A stretch of DNA of 60,224 nt, filler included. It is 3 parts of 3 records of this genome, joined end to end, with 100 filler letters (N's around TTAATTAATTAA, not from the genome) between each part and the next. Parts side by side here need not be neighbours in the genome. Positions count along the whole stretch, not along the records: positions 26,115 to 52,048 come from DRR723986_60418; 2 more parts are not named here. The stretch is one strand, 5' to 3'. Of the stretch, positions 28,776-38,281 are shown one piece after another. Both the position numbers and the translations under genes were made by a program. Position 1 is the stretch's first letter. Every line of letters starts with the position of its first letter. The notes beneath the pieces are model-generated. The model did not search any database, was not told the origin of the DNA, and saw only the letters and a program-made list of their open reading frames with translations.

Positions 28776-30770
28776 TTGAGAGTTATCAGCATTTTGTTTT
28801 TTTGTCTCTATAGTTTTGCCTCATTCGGACAAACTGAACTGATCGACAGCCTTCAAAACATTTTAAAAAACCAACCAGATGATTCGACCAAAGCAACTGT
28901 TTTGGGTGACCTATGCTGGCATTTGAAATACTCTGATCCTCCAAAAGCATTGGAGTATGGCTATGAGTCTATTCAGATTGCAGAGAAAAAGGGATACCTA
29001 GCTTTGCAGGCTTATGCGTCCAATAATGTAGGGGTAGTTTTTTGGGCTAAATCCGATTACGATTCAGCAGCTTATTACCTGGACAAAACGCGCGAACTGT
29101 ACTCCTCTCTCGAAAATGAACGTGGTGTGGCGGTGACTTCTGTGAACTTGGGACTCATCCTTCAAAACATGGGAGATTATGATACTTCCTTGGAATATCA
29201 ATTAGAAGCACTCCGGATTGTCAATAATTTAGAAGATCAAGGCTTGAAAGGAAGTGTACTGACTAACATTGGAAATGTGCATTTCCTGAATGAAAAGTTT
29301 GACAAAGCGAAATCCTACTATTTCGAGGCGCTGGAATTCAAAAAATCACTTCCAGATGATCAATTCCGACAAAATCTTCAAAAGACTTTATTGAACATAG
29401 GGAATGTATATGATCGCTTGAATAATCAGGATTCTGCTATTTATTATTTCCAGGAAGCACTGCCCTATGCCATTGATGCTAATGACACAAAAAGCCAAGC
29501 ATTGATCTACACAGATTTGGGACATTCATATTCAGAAAAAGGAGACTACATACTTGCCAATAATAATTTCGAAAAGGCAATGAAGATCTATTCCTCTGGC
29601 AGCTATGAGAATGACTATGACTATTCTATACTACTTTATTCGCTAGCTCAAAATGAGCTTAGAAGAGAAAACACTAGAGGTGCAATTACATTCGCTGAGC
29701 AGAGTTTAGAACTCTCGAAGAAACTGAATAATCTAAATCGCTTAAAGGATGGCTATGGGCTTTTGGCGGAAGTCTATGAAGCAAATAATCAATTTGGGGA
29801 TGCGCTGAATGCGCATAAGTTTCAGAAAATATATGCTGATAGCTTGCTGAATATCGAAACGAACAAAGAAATCGCAGAGCTGGAAACCAAGTATGAAACA
29901 GAGAAGAAGGACCAACAAATCATTTTATTGGATCAGGAGAATAGTCTACAGCAGGCTACCAATCAGCGGAATTTCATCATTATCCTAGCCTTATTCTTTG
30001 TCTTACTTCTCCTACTGTTGGTGTTTTATCTCTGGAGAAAGCAATCCAGAATCAGCCAGCAAAAGGTTCTTAGTGAGCAAAAAACCAGACTTCGCGAAGC
30101 TCAAATTCAAGCGGTGATTTCCAGCGAGGAGAAGGAAAGAAAGCGTTTTGCTTCCGACCTCCACGATAGCATGGGTCAATTAGTGAGTGCATTGACTATG
30201 AATATCCAAGGCTTGAAGAGTACCAGCAATGATCCGCTGGTGCGAAATGAAATTGTAGACAACTCCACTGTTTTACTCAATGATATTCAGCGGGAGATCC
30301 GAAATATCGCCTTCAACCTCATGCCTCAGGTTCTGACAAAGGAGGGATTAATTCCAGCTTTACAGGAATTGATCGCGAGAATCAACAAATCAAACCAGGT
30401 AAATGCGAAAGTGCAGGTATTTGGCATTGATGCCCGGTTGAATGAGGTTTTTGAAATCTCACTTTATAGAATTTTGCAGGAGTGGATATCCAATATTTTA
30501 AAGTATGCCGAAGCAACTGAGATCTTAATTCAGTTTACCGCGCATGAGGAGGAGATCATTATCACTGTGGAAGATAATGGGAATGGGTTTGACCTAAACA
30601 CCTTTGAAAACAGCAAAGGAAATGGTTGGAGAAATATCAATACCCGGCTTAATCTCATTAAAGGATCAATGGACATAGACACCATGCAAGGAAGAAAAAA
30701 CACCATGCTCACCCTTATCCTAGACAAATCTCTTGCCTTTAAAACAACTCAGGTAGAGATGAATACCTAG
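28776..30770 (+). CDS. TPR-repeat sensor histidine kinase (HisKA_3 type)
   Basis: Periplasmic TPRs (NNVG, NLG, NIGN), TM helix, ERKRFASDLHDSMGQ H-box, EWISNILKY N-box, EDNGNGF G1. Confidence 0.93.
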   Translation: MRVISILFFCLYSFASFGQTELIDSLQNILKNQPDDSTKATVLGDLCWHLKYSDPPKALEYGYESIQIAEKKGYLALQAYASNNVGVVFWAKSDYDSAAYYLDKTRELYSSLENERGVAVTSVNLGLILQNMGDYDTSLEYQLEALRIVNNLEDQGLKGSVLTNIGNVHFLNEKFDKAKSYYFEALEFKKSLPDDQFRQNLQKTLLNIGNVYDRLNNQDSAIYYFQEALPYAIDANDTKSQALIYTDLGHSYSEKGDYILANNNFEKAMKIYSSGSYENDYDYSILLYSLAQNELRRENTRGAITFAEQSLELSKKLNNLNRLKDGYGLLAEVYEANNQFGDALNAHKFQKIYADSLLNIETNKEIAELETKYETEKKDQQIILLDQENSLQQATNQRNFIIILALFFVLLLLLLVFYLWRKQSRISQQKVLSEQKTRLREAQIQAVISSEEKERKRFASDLHDSMGQLVSALTMNIQGLKSTSNDPLVRNEIVDNSTVLLNDIQREIRNIAFNLMPQVLTKEGLIPALQELIARINKSNQVNAKVQVFGIDARLNEVFEISLYRILQEWISNILKYAEATEILIQFTAHEEEIIITVEDNGNGFDLNTFENSKGNGWRNINTRLNLIKGSMDIDTMQGRKNTMLTLILDKSLAFKTTQVEMNT

Positions 30771-30780
30771 TCATAGGTAT
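30763..30780. promoter_or_regulatory. Palindrome ATACCTA-N4-TAGGTAT, copy 2
   Basis: ATACCTA-GTCA-TAGGTAT overlapping the kinase stop codon, upstream of the regulator. Confidence 0.65.
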
Positions 30781-30820
30781 TGAAACATAATCCAAACACA
30801 GCGTACTTTGAAACAAAAAG

Positions 30821-31483
30821 ATGTTGCGTTTATTTAAAAGTAAGACAGAAAAACTGATGAAGAAGTACCGAATACTTTTAATAGATGATCATAAAATCTT
30901 ACTGGAAGGCACACAAAGTCTTCTCAGCGGACTGGAAGACTATGAGGTCGTAGCAGCAGCCAGCAGTGGTAAAAAAGCGATCGAACTTCTGAAAACTCAG
31001 GATTTTGACATCCTTGTCACCGATTATGAGCTACCTGATTTTTCAGGTTTGGAAATCATCAAAATCGCTCATTCCATCAATCCTGACATCAAAGTTATCG
31101 TGCTCAGCATGCATGATGACCCATCGGTAGTGAGAGATTTACTCAAGGAAAATATCGACAGCTTTGTGCTGAAAAATGATGCTCATTCTTCTTTGATGCA
31201 AGCCCTTGACAAAGTCACTTCAGGAAAGAAGTACTTCAGTGATGAAATCTCGGAGATACTGGTAAGACAGCTTAATGCTCCTGCGGAGAAAAGCGATCTT
31301 TCACCCCGAGAAACAGAAATCATTAAACTAATTGCAAGGGATTTTTCTACAAAGCAGATCGCAGAAGTACTGTTTATCAGTGAGAAAACAGTTGAAACCC
31401 ATCGTAAAAATATTCTCCGAAAGATCGAATGCTCAACCTTGGTAGGTTTGGTCAACTATGCCCATGCACATAATCTGGTGTAG
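30821..31483 (+). CDS. NarL/FixJ family response regulator (REC + LuxR HTH); start may be 30857
   Basis: LIDDH, VTDYELP, VLSMH, LSPRETEII...ISEKTVETHRKNI. Confidence 0.93.
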   Translation: MLRLFKSKTEKLMKKYRILLIDDHKILLEGTQSLLSGLEDYEVVAAASSGKKAIELLKTQDFDILVTDYELPDFSGLEIIKIAHSINPDIKVIVLSMHDDPSVVRDLLKENIDSFVLKNDAHSSLMQALDKVTSGKKYFSDEISEILVRQLNAPAEKSDLSPRETEIIKLIARDFSTKQIAEVLFISEKTVETHRKNILRKIECSTLVGLVNYAHAHNLV

Positions 31484-31619
31484 AATCTTAGGTTTCTCTT
31501 ATTTTTCAGGAACTAAAATGTCTCGTAAAAAGGAAAGTATTTTGCCCCCTCAATAAAGGGCGAAAAGAGTTTCTTCCGGATTGGAAAAACAGAATGAAAA
31601 TCTTAAGATAAATCAACGT

Positions 31620-32804
31620 TTAGGCTGCAGCATCCAAACTTTTGTCCTGAGTAATTTTATCCACCACTAGCGCAATCGCTCCATCTCCTGTTACATTACA
31701 GGCAGTTCCAAAGCTATCCATAGCAATGTAAAGTGCAATCATCAACCCAACCATTTCCTCGCTGAATCCAAGCATGGTTTGAAGTACTCCAATTGCTGCC
31801 ATAATTGCTCCTCCAGGTACTCCTGGTGCCGCTACCATTGCAATACCCAACATAAAAATAAATCCTGCAAACATCCCAAAATCAAAGGGAACGCCTTCCA
31901 AGATCATCAAAGCCATAGCACAAGCAGTGATTTTCATGATACTTCCTGACAGGTGAATCGTTGCACAAAGTGGAATGACAAAGCCAGCGATTTTAGGAGA
32001 AACTCCATTTTTCTCAGCTTGCTCCAGCGTCACTGGAATAGTAGCTGCTGAGGATTGTGTTCCTAAAGCCGTAAAATATGCCGGCATCATAGTCGCCAAT
32101 AACTTAAAAGGATTCTTTTTGACAATCGCTCCTGTGATCACATATTGAAGGATCAGCAAGAAAATATGCATGGCAAAGATCACCCCGATGATATTCAAGA
32201 ATACCGAGAGGATAGAATACACCTGGCCGCTGAAAGCCATATTTGCGAAAATCCCCAAGATGAAAATTGGCAAGAGTGGTATGATTACATTCTCGATCAC
32301 CTGCATGATGATGGTTTCAAAGTCCTTTACCACCTTTTTCAACGTGGAATTCTCCTGATAAGAAAGTCCCAATCCAATCACAAATGCCAAAACCAAAGCA
32401 GACATTACATCTATCACGGCAGGTATGGTGATACTGAAATAAGGCACTAAATCACTTCCTCCCTCGGTTACCTCTGCTGCTTCATTTACATGGGAAGCTA
32501 GAAGAGATGGGAAAATAGTAGAAGAGGTAAAATAGCTCATAAAGCCAGAGAACAGCGTAGATCCATAAGCTATTGTGGCAGTGATAAGCAGTAATTTCCC
32601 TGCACCTTTACCCAAGTCAGAGATTGCCGGCATGATCAATCCGAGGATAATCAAAGGAATGGCAAAATTCAAAAATTGACCAAAAAAGGCATTAAAGGTC
32701 GCGAAAACCCGATTGATGGATTCTGGCAAGTACAGACCAAAAACTATCCCTAACACGATAGCGATGAAAACTTTGAAGAGAAGTTTAGAGAATAATTGCT
32801 TCAT
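31620..32804 (-). CDS. Dicarboxylate/amino acid:cation symporter (SstT-like)
   Basis: GTQSSAATIP, PLCATIHLSG, APGVPGG, DSFGTACNVTGD. Confidence 0.9.
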   Translation of the reverse strand: MKQLFSKLLFKVFIAIVLGIVFGLYLPESINRVFATFNAFFGQFLNFAIPLIILGLIMPAISDLGKGAGKLLLITATIAYGSTLFSGFMSYFTSSTIFPSLLASHVNEAAEVTEGGSDLVPYFSITIPAVIDVMSALVLAFVIGLGLSYQENSTLKKVVKDFETIIMQVIENVIIPLLPIFILGIFANMAFSGQVYSILSVFLNIIGVIFAMHIFLLILQYVITGAIVKKNPFKLLATMMPAYFTALGTQSSAATIPVTLEQAEKNGVSPKIAGFVIPLCATIHLSGSIMKITACAMALMILEGVPFDFGMFAGFIFMLGIAMVAAPGVPGGAIMAAIGVLQTMLGFSEEMVGLMIALYIAMDSFGTACNVTGDGAIALVVDKITQDKSLDAAA

Positions 32805-33050
32805 TTATTTCTGGAATTCTTATGGAGAAAGGACAATAGCCTTGGGTTTTTCGAAGTGCTAAGATATAAGAATAGGATTTTAGAATTGGATCGATTCATA
32901 TTTATTCAAAAGCTCAGATTCAAGTCACTTAAATAATTGAGGGAAGTCATTGCCACCTTATTTTCACACCATTCTCCTTCAATTTCCTCTGTATCAGGAT
33001 AGTCAAATCAATTTCATTTAACATATTGGAGCAACAATAACCCCCAGACC

Positions 33051-34355
33051 ATGCAAAGAACTCCTTTAATAAATATATCTCTAGCTTTCTCGATTTTTCT
33101 CTACTCTAATATTCTAGCGATTGCGCAGACTCAGGAGCCACCAAAGTTAGTCGCCGGTTTCCCTGTCAATTATGATGAAGATGCCATTCCTCCTTATACT
33201 TTACCTGAGATACTCACCCTGGAGAATGGTAAAAAAGTTACTAATTCAGAGATTTGGATGCATGAGCGAAGACCAGAACTATTGAATTTCATTGCAGAAC
33301 TACAATATGGAAAAACACCTCCAGCTCCAAAATCGATAGCCTTTGAAGTTTATGACAAAGAAAGCAAGGCGTTAAATGGCAAGGCAATTCGCAGGCAGGT
33401 CAGAATATATTTAACTGAAAACAGCAAAGAGCACCCAATGGATTTGCTCATTTATTTACCCAGGAATTCTAATAAGAAAACACCTGTTTTCTTCACCATT
33501 TCCTTTACTGCAAATAATCTAACCGTAGACGATCCAGAAATACGAGTTGGTGAAATGTGGAATAAATCAGGTGAAAAAGTCAAAGCAGATCAGCCAAGTG
33601 CTTTTCGGGCTACTAATGTGGAGCAATTTATAGACGCAGGATATGGTTTCGCCACAGTTTACTATGGAGATATAGATCCGGATTTCAAAGATGGTTTTGA
33701 GCACGGAATACGCAAGGATTTTCTCAAGCCTGGCGAAACGGAGCCTCAAAGCGATGAATGGGGAACTATTTCAGCTTGGTCTTGGGGACTCAGCAGAGCC
33801 ATGGATTACTTCGAAAAAGATGAGCAGATTGATGCCAGTCGGATTGCCTTAATGGGTGTTTCCCGATTAGGAAAGACAGTGCTCTGGACTGGAATAAGAG
33901 ATACTAGATTCAAAATGATCATCGCCAGTTGCTCGGGTGAAGGTGGAGCTGCTATTGCAAGAAGGGATTATGGAGAAAATATCAAACACATGTCTGACTC
34001 CTCCAGGTATGGCTATCAGTTTGCCCCAAACTATCATGCCTATTCCACGCATGTAAATGACTTTCCTTTTGATGCTCACACGCTCGTAGCGATGATTGCC
34101 CCCAGACCTATACTGCTTCAAACAGGAAGTACGGATTATTGGTCAGACCCTAAGGGTGAGTTTATAGCCGCTCAGGAGGCAACTGAAGTCTATGAACTAT
34201 TTGGAGAAAATGGTCCAAAAAACCATGAAATGCCTGCTGCGGGAGATATTTCATTGCTGGAAAACAAACTTGGATATTACATGCATGATGGTGGTCACGG
34301 TACTTTACCCTCTGACTACCCTGTCTTTATCCAGTTTATGAAGAAGTTTTTGTAA
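33051..34355 (+). CDS. Carbohydrate esterase family 15 (glucuronoyl esterase-like)
   Basis: Signal peptide; WGTISAWSWGLSRAMDY, GVSRLGK, SGEGG, IAPRP, D.WSDPKGE, GGH. Confidence 0.85.
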   Translation: MQRTPLINISLAFSIFLYSNILAIAQTQEPPKLVAGFPVNYDEDAIPPYTLPEILTLENGKKVTNSEIWMHERRPELLNFIAELQYGKTPPAPKSIAFEVYDKESKALNGKAIRRQVRIYLTENSKEHPMDLLIYLPRNSNKKTPVFFTISFTANNLTVDDPEIRVGEMWNKSGEKVKADQPSAFRATNVEQFIDAGYGFATVYYGDIDPDFKDGFEHGIRKDFLKPGETEPQSDEWGTISAWSWGLSRAMDYFEKDEQIDASRIALMGVSRLGKTVLWTGIRDTRFKMIIASCSGEGGAAIARRDYGENIKHMSDSSRYGYQFAPNYHAYSTHVNDFPFDAHTLVAMIAPRPILLQTGSTDYWSDPKGEFIAAQEATEVYELFGENGPKNHEMPAAGDISLLENKLGYYMHDGGHGTLPSDYPVFIQFMKKFL

Positions 34356-34422
34356 TCTCTAAACCATAGGAATTTCGGTGGACAGAAGAACGAAATTGCC
34401 TCAATTATTAAGTGGATGAATT

Positions 34423-35148
34423 TTAGTTTGAATTTGCCTTTTCAAAAATCAGGTAATGCTGAATTGGTAGGAATTTTCCATTTTCCACCAAATCAAACCC
34501 ATTAGCTTTCAACTCCTTATTTGCCTGCTTTTCGGTCATTTTATGAAGTGGCTTGATTGCAATACTCGGATCCTCACCTTTGTATTCGAGTAATACTATT
34601 TTACCGTCTGGCTTGAGCGATTTATATATTGCACTGAGCATCTCCTGCGGATACGCGAGCTCATGATACACGTCAACCATTATAACCAGATCCACTTCTC
34701 CCTCGGGCAGATTAGGTGATTGCTCAGTACCTTGCACTGGAATCACATTCTCAACGCCTAGCTCATTACTTCTATTTCGGATATAATCGACTGCTTCTTC
34801 CTGAATATCCACAGCATAGACTTTGCCCTCACTAACTAAGGGAGCTATTCTAAACGTATAATATCCAGAACCAGCTCCTATGTCTGCAACTACACTTTTG
34901 GAAGTGATGGGCAGATTTTCCAATGCATCGGCAACACCTTCTTCACGTGCTCGTTCTGCACGCTCCAACCAGTCCTTTCCAGCAAAACCCATGACTTGGG
35001 ATATCTCCCTTCCCAGATAGACTTTACCCGAACCATCCCAATTTGGATCCTTAAAAGTATATGGATCTTCGGTTGTTGTCTGTGCCTGGCAGGAAAAATT
35101 GAGGATAAAAAAGGCAGTGAGTAGTAAGATGATTGCTGACTTTTGCAT
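34423..35148 (-). CDS. Class I SAM-dependent methyltransferase (exported)
   Basis: VADIGAGSGY, YAVDIQ, MVDVYHE; N-terminal signal. Confidence 0.88.
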   Translation of the reverse strand: MQKSAIILLLTAFFILNFSCQAQTTTEDPYTFKDPNWDGSGKVYLGREISQVMGFAGKDWLERAERAREEGVADALENLPITSKSVVADIGAGSGYYTFRIAPLVSEGKVYAVDIQEEAVDYIRNRSNELGVENVIPVQGTEQSPNLPEGEVDLVIMVDVYHELAYPQEMLSAIYKSLKPDGKIVLLEYKGEDPSIAIKPLHKMTEKQANKELKANGFDLVENGKFLPIQHYLIFEKANSN

Positions 35149-35210
35149 ATAGGAACTTTTTAAGTTTAACTCCTATAAGTAATGTATGTTTCAAAAATCA
35201 CGACAATAGA

Positions 35211-35248
35211 AAACCCCGATTCCTTTCAGAATCGGGGTTTGTTTTTTT
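35211..35248. terminator. Intrinsic terminator (likely pgi; possibly bidirectional)
   Basis: AAACCCCGATTC-CTTTCA-GAATCGGGGTTT stem with flanking A/T tracts. Confidence 0.7.
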
Positions 35249-35256
35249 ACTCAACC

Positions 35257-35372
35257 CCGGTCTGTGTCTTACAGACCGGAACTATGAATGTGTTAAGTGG
35301 TTTGTGGAGACCTGCCTACCGTCAAGGCAGGCACAAACTAGGGCAACTAATGGAAGACACAAGCCACCGAGG
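35257..35372. repeat. Cluster of REP-like hairpins, one nested in another
   Basis: CCGGTCTGT-GTCTT-ACAGACCGG; GTTTGTG-GAGA[CCTGCCT-ACCGTCA-AGGCAGG]CACAAAC; degenerate GAAGACACAAGCC. Confidence 0.6.
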
Positions 35373-35406
35373 TCAACCCACCTAATTAAGCTATCTTATC
35401 AAAGAT

Positions 35407-37053
35407 TTACTTTCTCATTTTCTTATAGGCATTGATCAAGCCATTGGTAGAGCCATCGTGGGCGGTAACATCCTCATCACCTTTAAGCTCAGGAAGAATT
35501 CCAGATGCCAGGACTTTGCCTAGCTCCACTCCCCACTGATCGAAGCTGAATATATCCCAAATAACACCCTGAACGAAGATTTTATGTTCGTACATGGCAA
35601 TCAAAGCGCCGAGGGTATAAGGAGTGATTTCCTTCACCAAAATGGAATTGGTAGGACGGTTACCTTCGAAAACCCGATGCGGAGCGATTTCTTCGATTTG
35701 CTCGTCTGACTTACCGGCAGCTTTCATTTCTGCTTTTACCTCTTCGAGAGACTTCCCTTTCATTAGTGCTTCTGTCTGGGCAAAGAAGTTGGAGAGCAAC
35801 TTCTGATGATGATCACCAATCGGATTATGGGAAATCGCCGGAGCGATGAAATCACAAGGAATCAAGTGTGTGCCCTGATGGATCAACTGATAAAAAGCAT
35901 GCTGACCGTTAGTCCCTGGTTCTCCCCAGATAATCGGTCCAGTAGTGTAATTTACCTTTTCGCCGGAGCGACTCACATACTTACCATTGCTTTCCATATT
36001 TCCCTGTTGGAAATAGGCAGCAAAACGGTGCATGTACTGATCGTATGGCAAAATAGCTTCAGAACTCGCACCAAGGAAATTAGTATTCCAGATACCTATC
36101 AACGCCAGGACAACCGGGATATTTCTGTCAAACTGAGTATGACGGAAATGATTATCCATCGCATGAGCGCCAGATAGTAGTTTCTCGAAATTGTCAAATC
36201 CGATGGTACATGCAATTGGCAAACCAATGGCAGACCATAGAGAATACCTTCCTCCTACCCAGTCCCAGAATTCAAACATGTTTGCTGTATCAATTCCAAA
36301 TGCTTCCACGGACTTGGCATTAGTAGAAAGCGCCACGAAATGCTTAGCCACTGCAGATTCATCCTTTGCATGTTCCAAGAACCAATTACGTGCAGAATGC
36401 GCATTAGTCATGGTTTCCTGCGTAGTGAAGGTCTTGGAAGCGATAAAGAAAAGCGTAGTCTCAGGATCTACTTTTTTAAGCGTTTCTGCGATATGAGTTC
36501 CATCCACATTGGATACAAAATAGCACTCGATATCAGCATTCTTGTAAGGCTTCAAGGCCTCCGTCACCATTACCGGACCTAGGTCAGAACCACCAATCCC
36601 GATGTTTACCAAAGATTTGATCGGCTTACCTGTGTAGCCAAGCCATTGTTTATTTTGGATTTTATCTGCGAAAATCTTCATTTTTTTCAAGACAGCAGAG
36701 ATATCTTCCATGATATTATGTCCATCCAGAAGTACAGTCTCATCCGCAGGATTTCTCAGCGCAGTATGCAATACCGCCCTCCCTTCAGTGACATTGATAG
36801 GCTTTCCAGTAAACATATCTTCAACCGCCTCATGCAGCTTGCACTCCTTAGCCAAATCATAAAGTGCATCAAGGATGTCCTGATTTACTCTATTCTTCGA
36901 AAAATCTACCAGAATATCTTCCATCGAAATACTCAACTTATCAAAGCGCTCCGGCTGATCAAATTGAGATAGAATGGTCATGTCTTTATGTTCTTCAGCA
37001 AGTTGTTTTAATCTTGCCCAGGCTGATGTGCTAGTGGGATTAATTGCGTTCAT
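35407..37053 (-). CDS. pgi: Glucose-6-phosphate isomerase
   Basis: [58 protein letters not shown]. Confidence 0.98.
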   Translation of the reverse strand: MNAINPTSTSAWARLKQLAEEHKDMTILSQFDQPERFDKLSISMEDILVDFSKNRVNQDILDALYDLAKECKLHEAVEDMFTGKPINVTEGRAVLHTALRNPADETVLLDGHNIMEDISAVLKKMKIFADKIQNKQWLGYTGKPIKSLVNIGIGGSDLGPVMVTEALKPYKNADIECYFVSNVDGTHIAETLKKVDPETTLFFIASKTFTTQETMTNAHSARNWFLEHAKDESAVAKHFVALSTNAKSVEAFGIDTANMFEFWDWVGGRYSLWSAIGLPIACTIGFDNFEKLLSGAHAMDNHFRHTQFDRNIPVVLALIGIWNTNFLGASSEAILPYDQYMHRFAAYFQQGNMESNGKYVSRSGEKVNYTTGPIIWGEPGTNGQHAFYQLIHQGTHLIPCDFIAPAISHNPIGDHHQKLLSNFFAQTEALMKGKSLEEVKAEMKAAGKSDEQIEEIAPHRVFEGNRPTNSILVKEITPYTLGALIAMYEHKIFVQGVIWDIFSFDQWGVELGKVLASGILPELKGDEDVTAHDGSTNGLINAYKKMRK

Positions 37054-37206
37054 TGGTTTGTTTGATAGGAATGAGTCACAAAAATAAGGTTTTACTTCAG
37101 GGATAAAAGAGATTTGAATTAAAGTGAGACATAGGCTTTAGTTCAAATGGTTTTCAATTTCAGATTTGTTTGACTATAATTAAACTTCACTATTAGTCAA
37201 CCAAAT

Positions 37207-37974
37207 ATGGCGTTCAAAAATACCTTTCGATTTTTTCTCCTAATAACAGCCTTTCTTGGACTTAGCTCCTCGCTTTATAAATCTCAGGATACCCAAATAG
37301 TCCGATTGAATAAGCATTTCTATCCGATAGCCGAGGCCGATACCATCAATTATTTCTACAAAGGAATTATTGTCAATCTTAGCGACAGTACATCCATAGA
37401 GCGCATTTTCAATCTGAAAAATCAAATAGTTAAAGTTACCCGATATGGTCATAACCAAGAGGGAGATTTTCCTGAGGAAAACACAGAGACTTATGATGAA
37501 AATGGGAAGTTGACTTCCAAGAAAATCAAGAATCGCAACAATGGTTTCTACCAAGCTATATACTATTCCAAGGGCGAAAAAATAGGCGAAGTGCTTTTTC
37601 AGGGTGAAAAGAACTTTGAAATCAGAAAGGCAGGTAGTGAGGAAGTAATTACTGCAGATGAAAATGTGTTTGAGCCAAAGCCAAAACTAAATCAGGATCT
37701 TTGGACTAAAACACTGATGCAAAACCTGAAATACCCTGCATTAGCTCGGAGAGATAGAGAAGAAGGAACCGCTATTCTTGGGATGTATGTAAATGAATTT
37801 GGTGAGCATGGTGAATTTGAAATAGTCAATCCTGAAAATGTAAGTAAAGAATTAGCCTTTGAAGCACTTCGCGCAGCTACTATGTATGATGGTGAAATCA
37901 CTCCAGCTACCAACATTGATGGAAACACAGTAGATGCTTGGCTATATATTCCGGTAAGGTTTAAGCTGGATTAG
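37207..37974 (+). CDS. TonB C-terminal domain protein
   Basis: NLKYPALARRDREEG...EALRA...PAT..G..V...LYIPVRFKL; N-terminal MORN-like YxxNG repeats. Confidence 0.78.
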   Translation: MAFKNTFRFFLLITAFLGLSSSLYKSQDTQIVRLNKHFYPIAEADTINYFYKGIIVNLSDSTSIERIFNLKNQIVKVTRYGHNQEGDFPEENTETYDENGKLTSKKIKNRNNGFYQAIYYSKGEKIGEVLFQGEKNFEIRKAGSEEVITADENVFEPKPKLNQDLWTKTLMQNLKYPALARRDREEGTAILGMYVNEFGEHGEFEIVNPENVSKELAFEALRAATMYDGEITPATNIDGNTVDAWLYIPVRFKLD

Positions 37975-38163
37975 TCTTTCAGTGAGTTTAAATGAAGAAA
38001 AACGAAAAATTAAATCAATCCCAATTGAGAAGATTAGTAGTTAAACAGCGAGAGCAATCAAGGAAACTTGAGTCAATTGCGTTAACAATTCTAACCGTCG
38101 CCTCGCTGATTCTGGTAATTCTATGGTGAATCTTACGTACTCAATAACAAAGTTATACAACCA

Positions 38164-38193
38164 ACAAAACCCGCCATTTCTAACGGGTTTTGT
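38164..38193 (-). terminator. Intrinsic terminator downstream of acnA
   Basis: ACAAAACCCG...CGGGTTTTGT inverted repeat between convergent genes. Confidence 0.6.
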
Positions 38194-38281
38194 GATTTCA
38201 AAAGAGCCAAAACTAATTAAAGCCAAGCTCAAAACTAGCAGAGGCTTGCATCGGTCATCCGACAACCAACACCCAACTCCC

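Noticed and set aside
35133-35435. ORFs 35133-35435 and 35182-35385
   Set aside because: They are translations of a terminator and REP-like hairpins with no protein-like features
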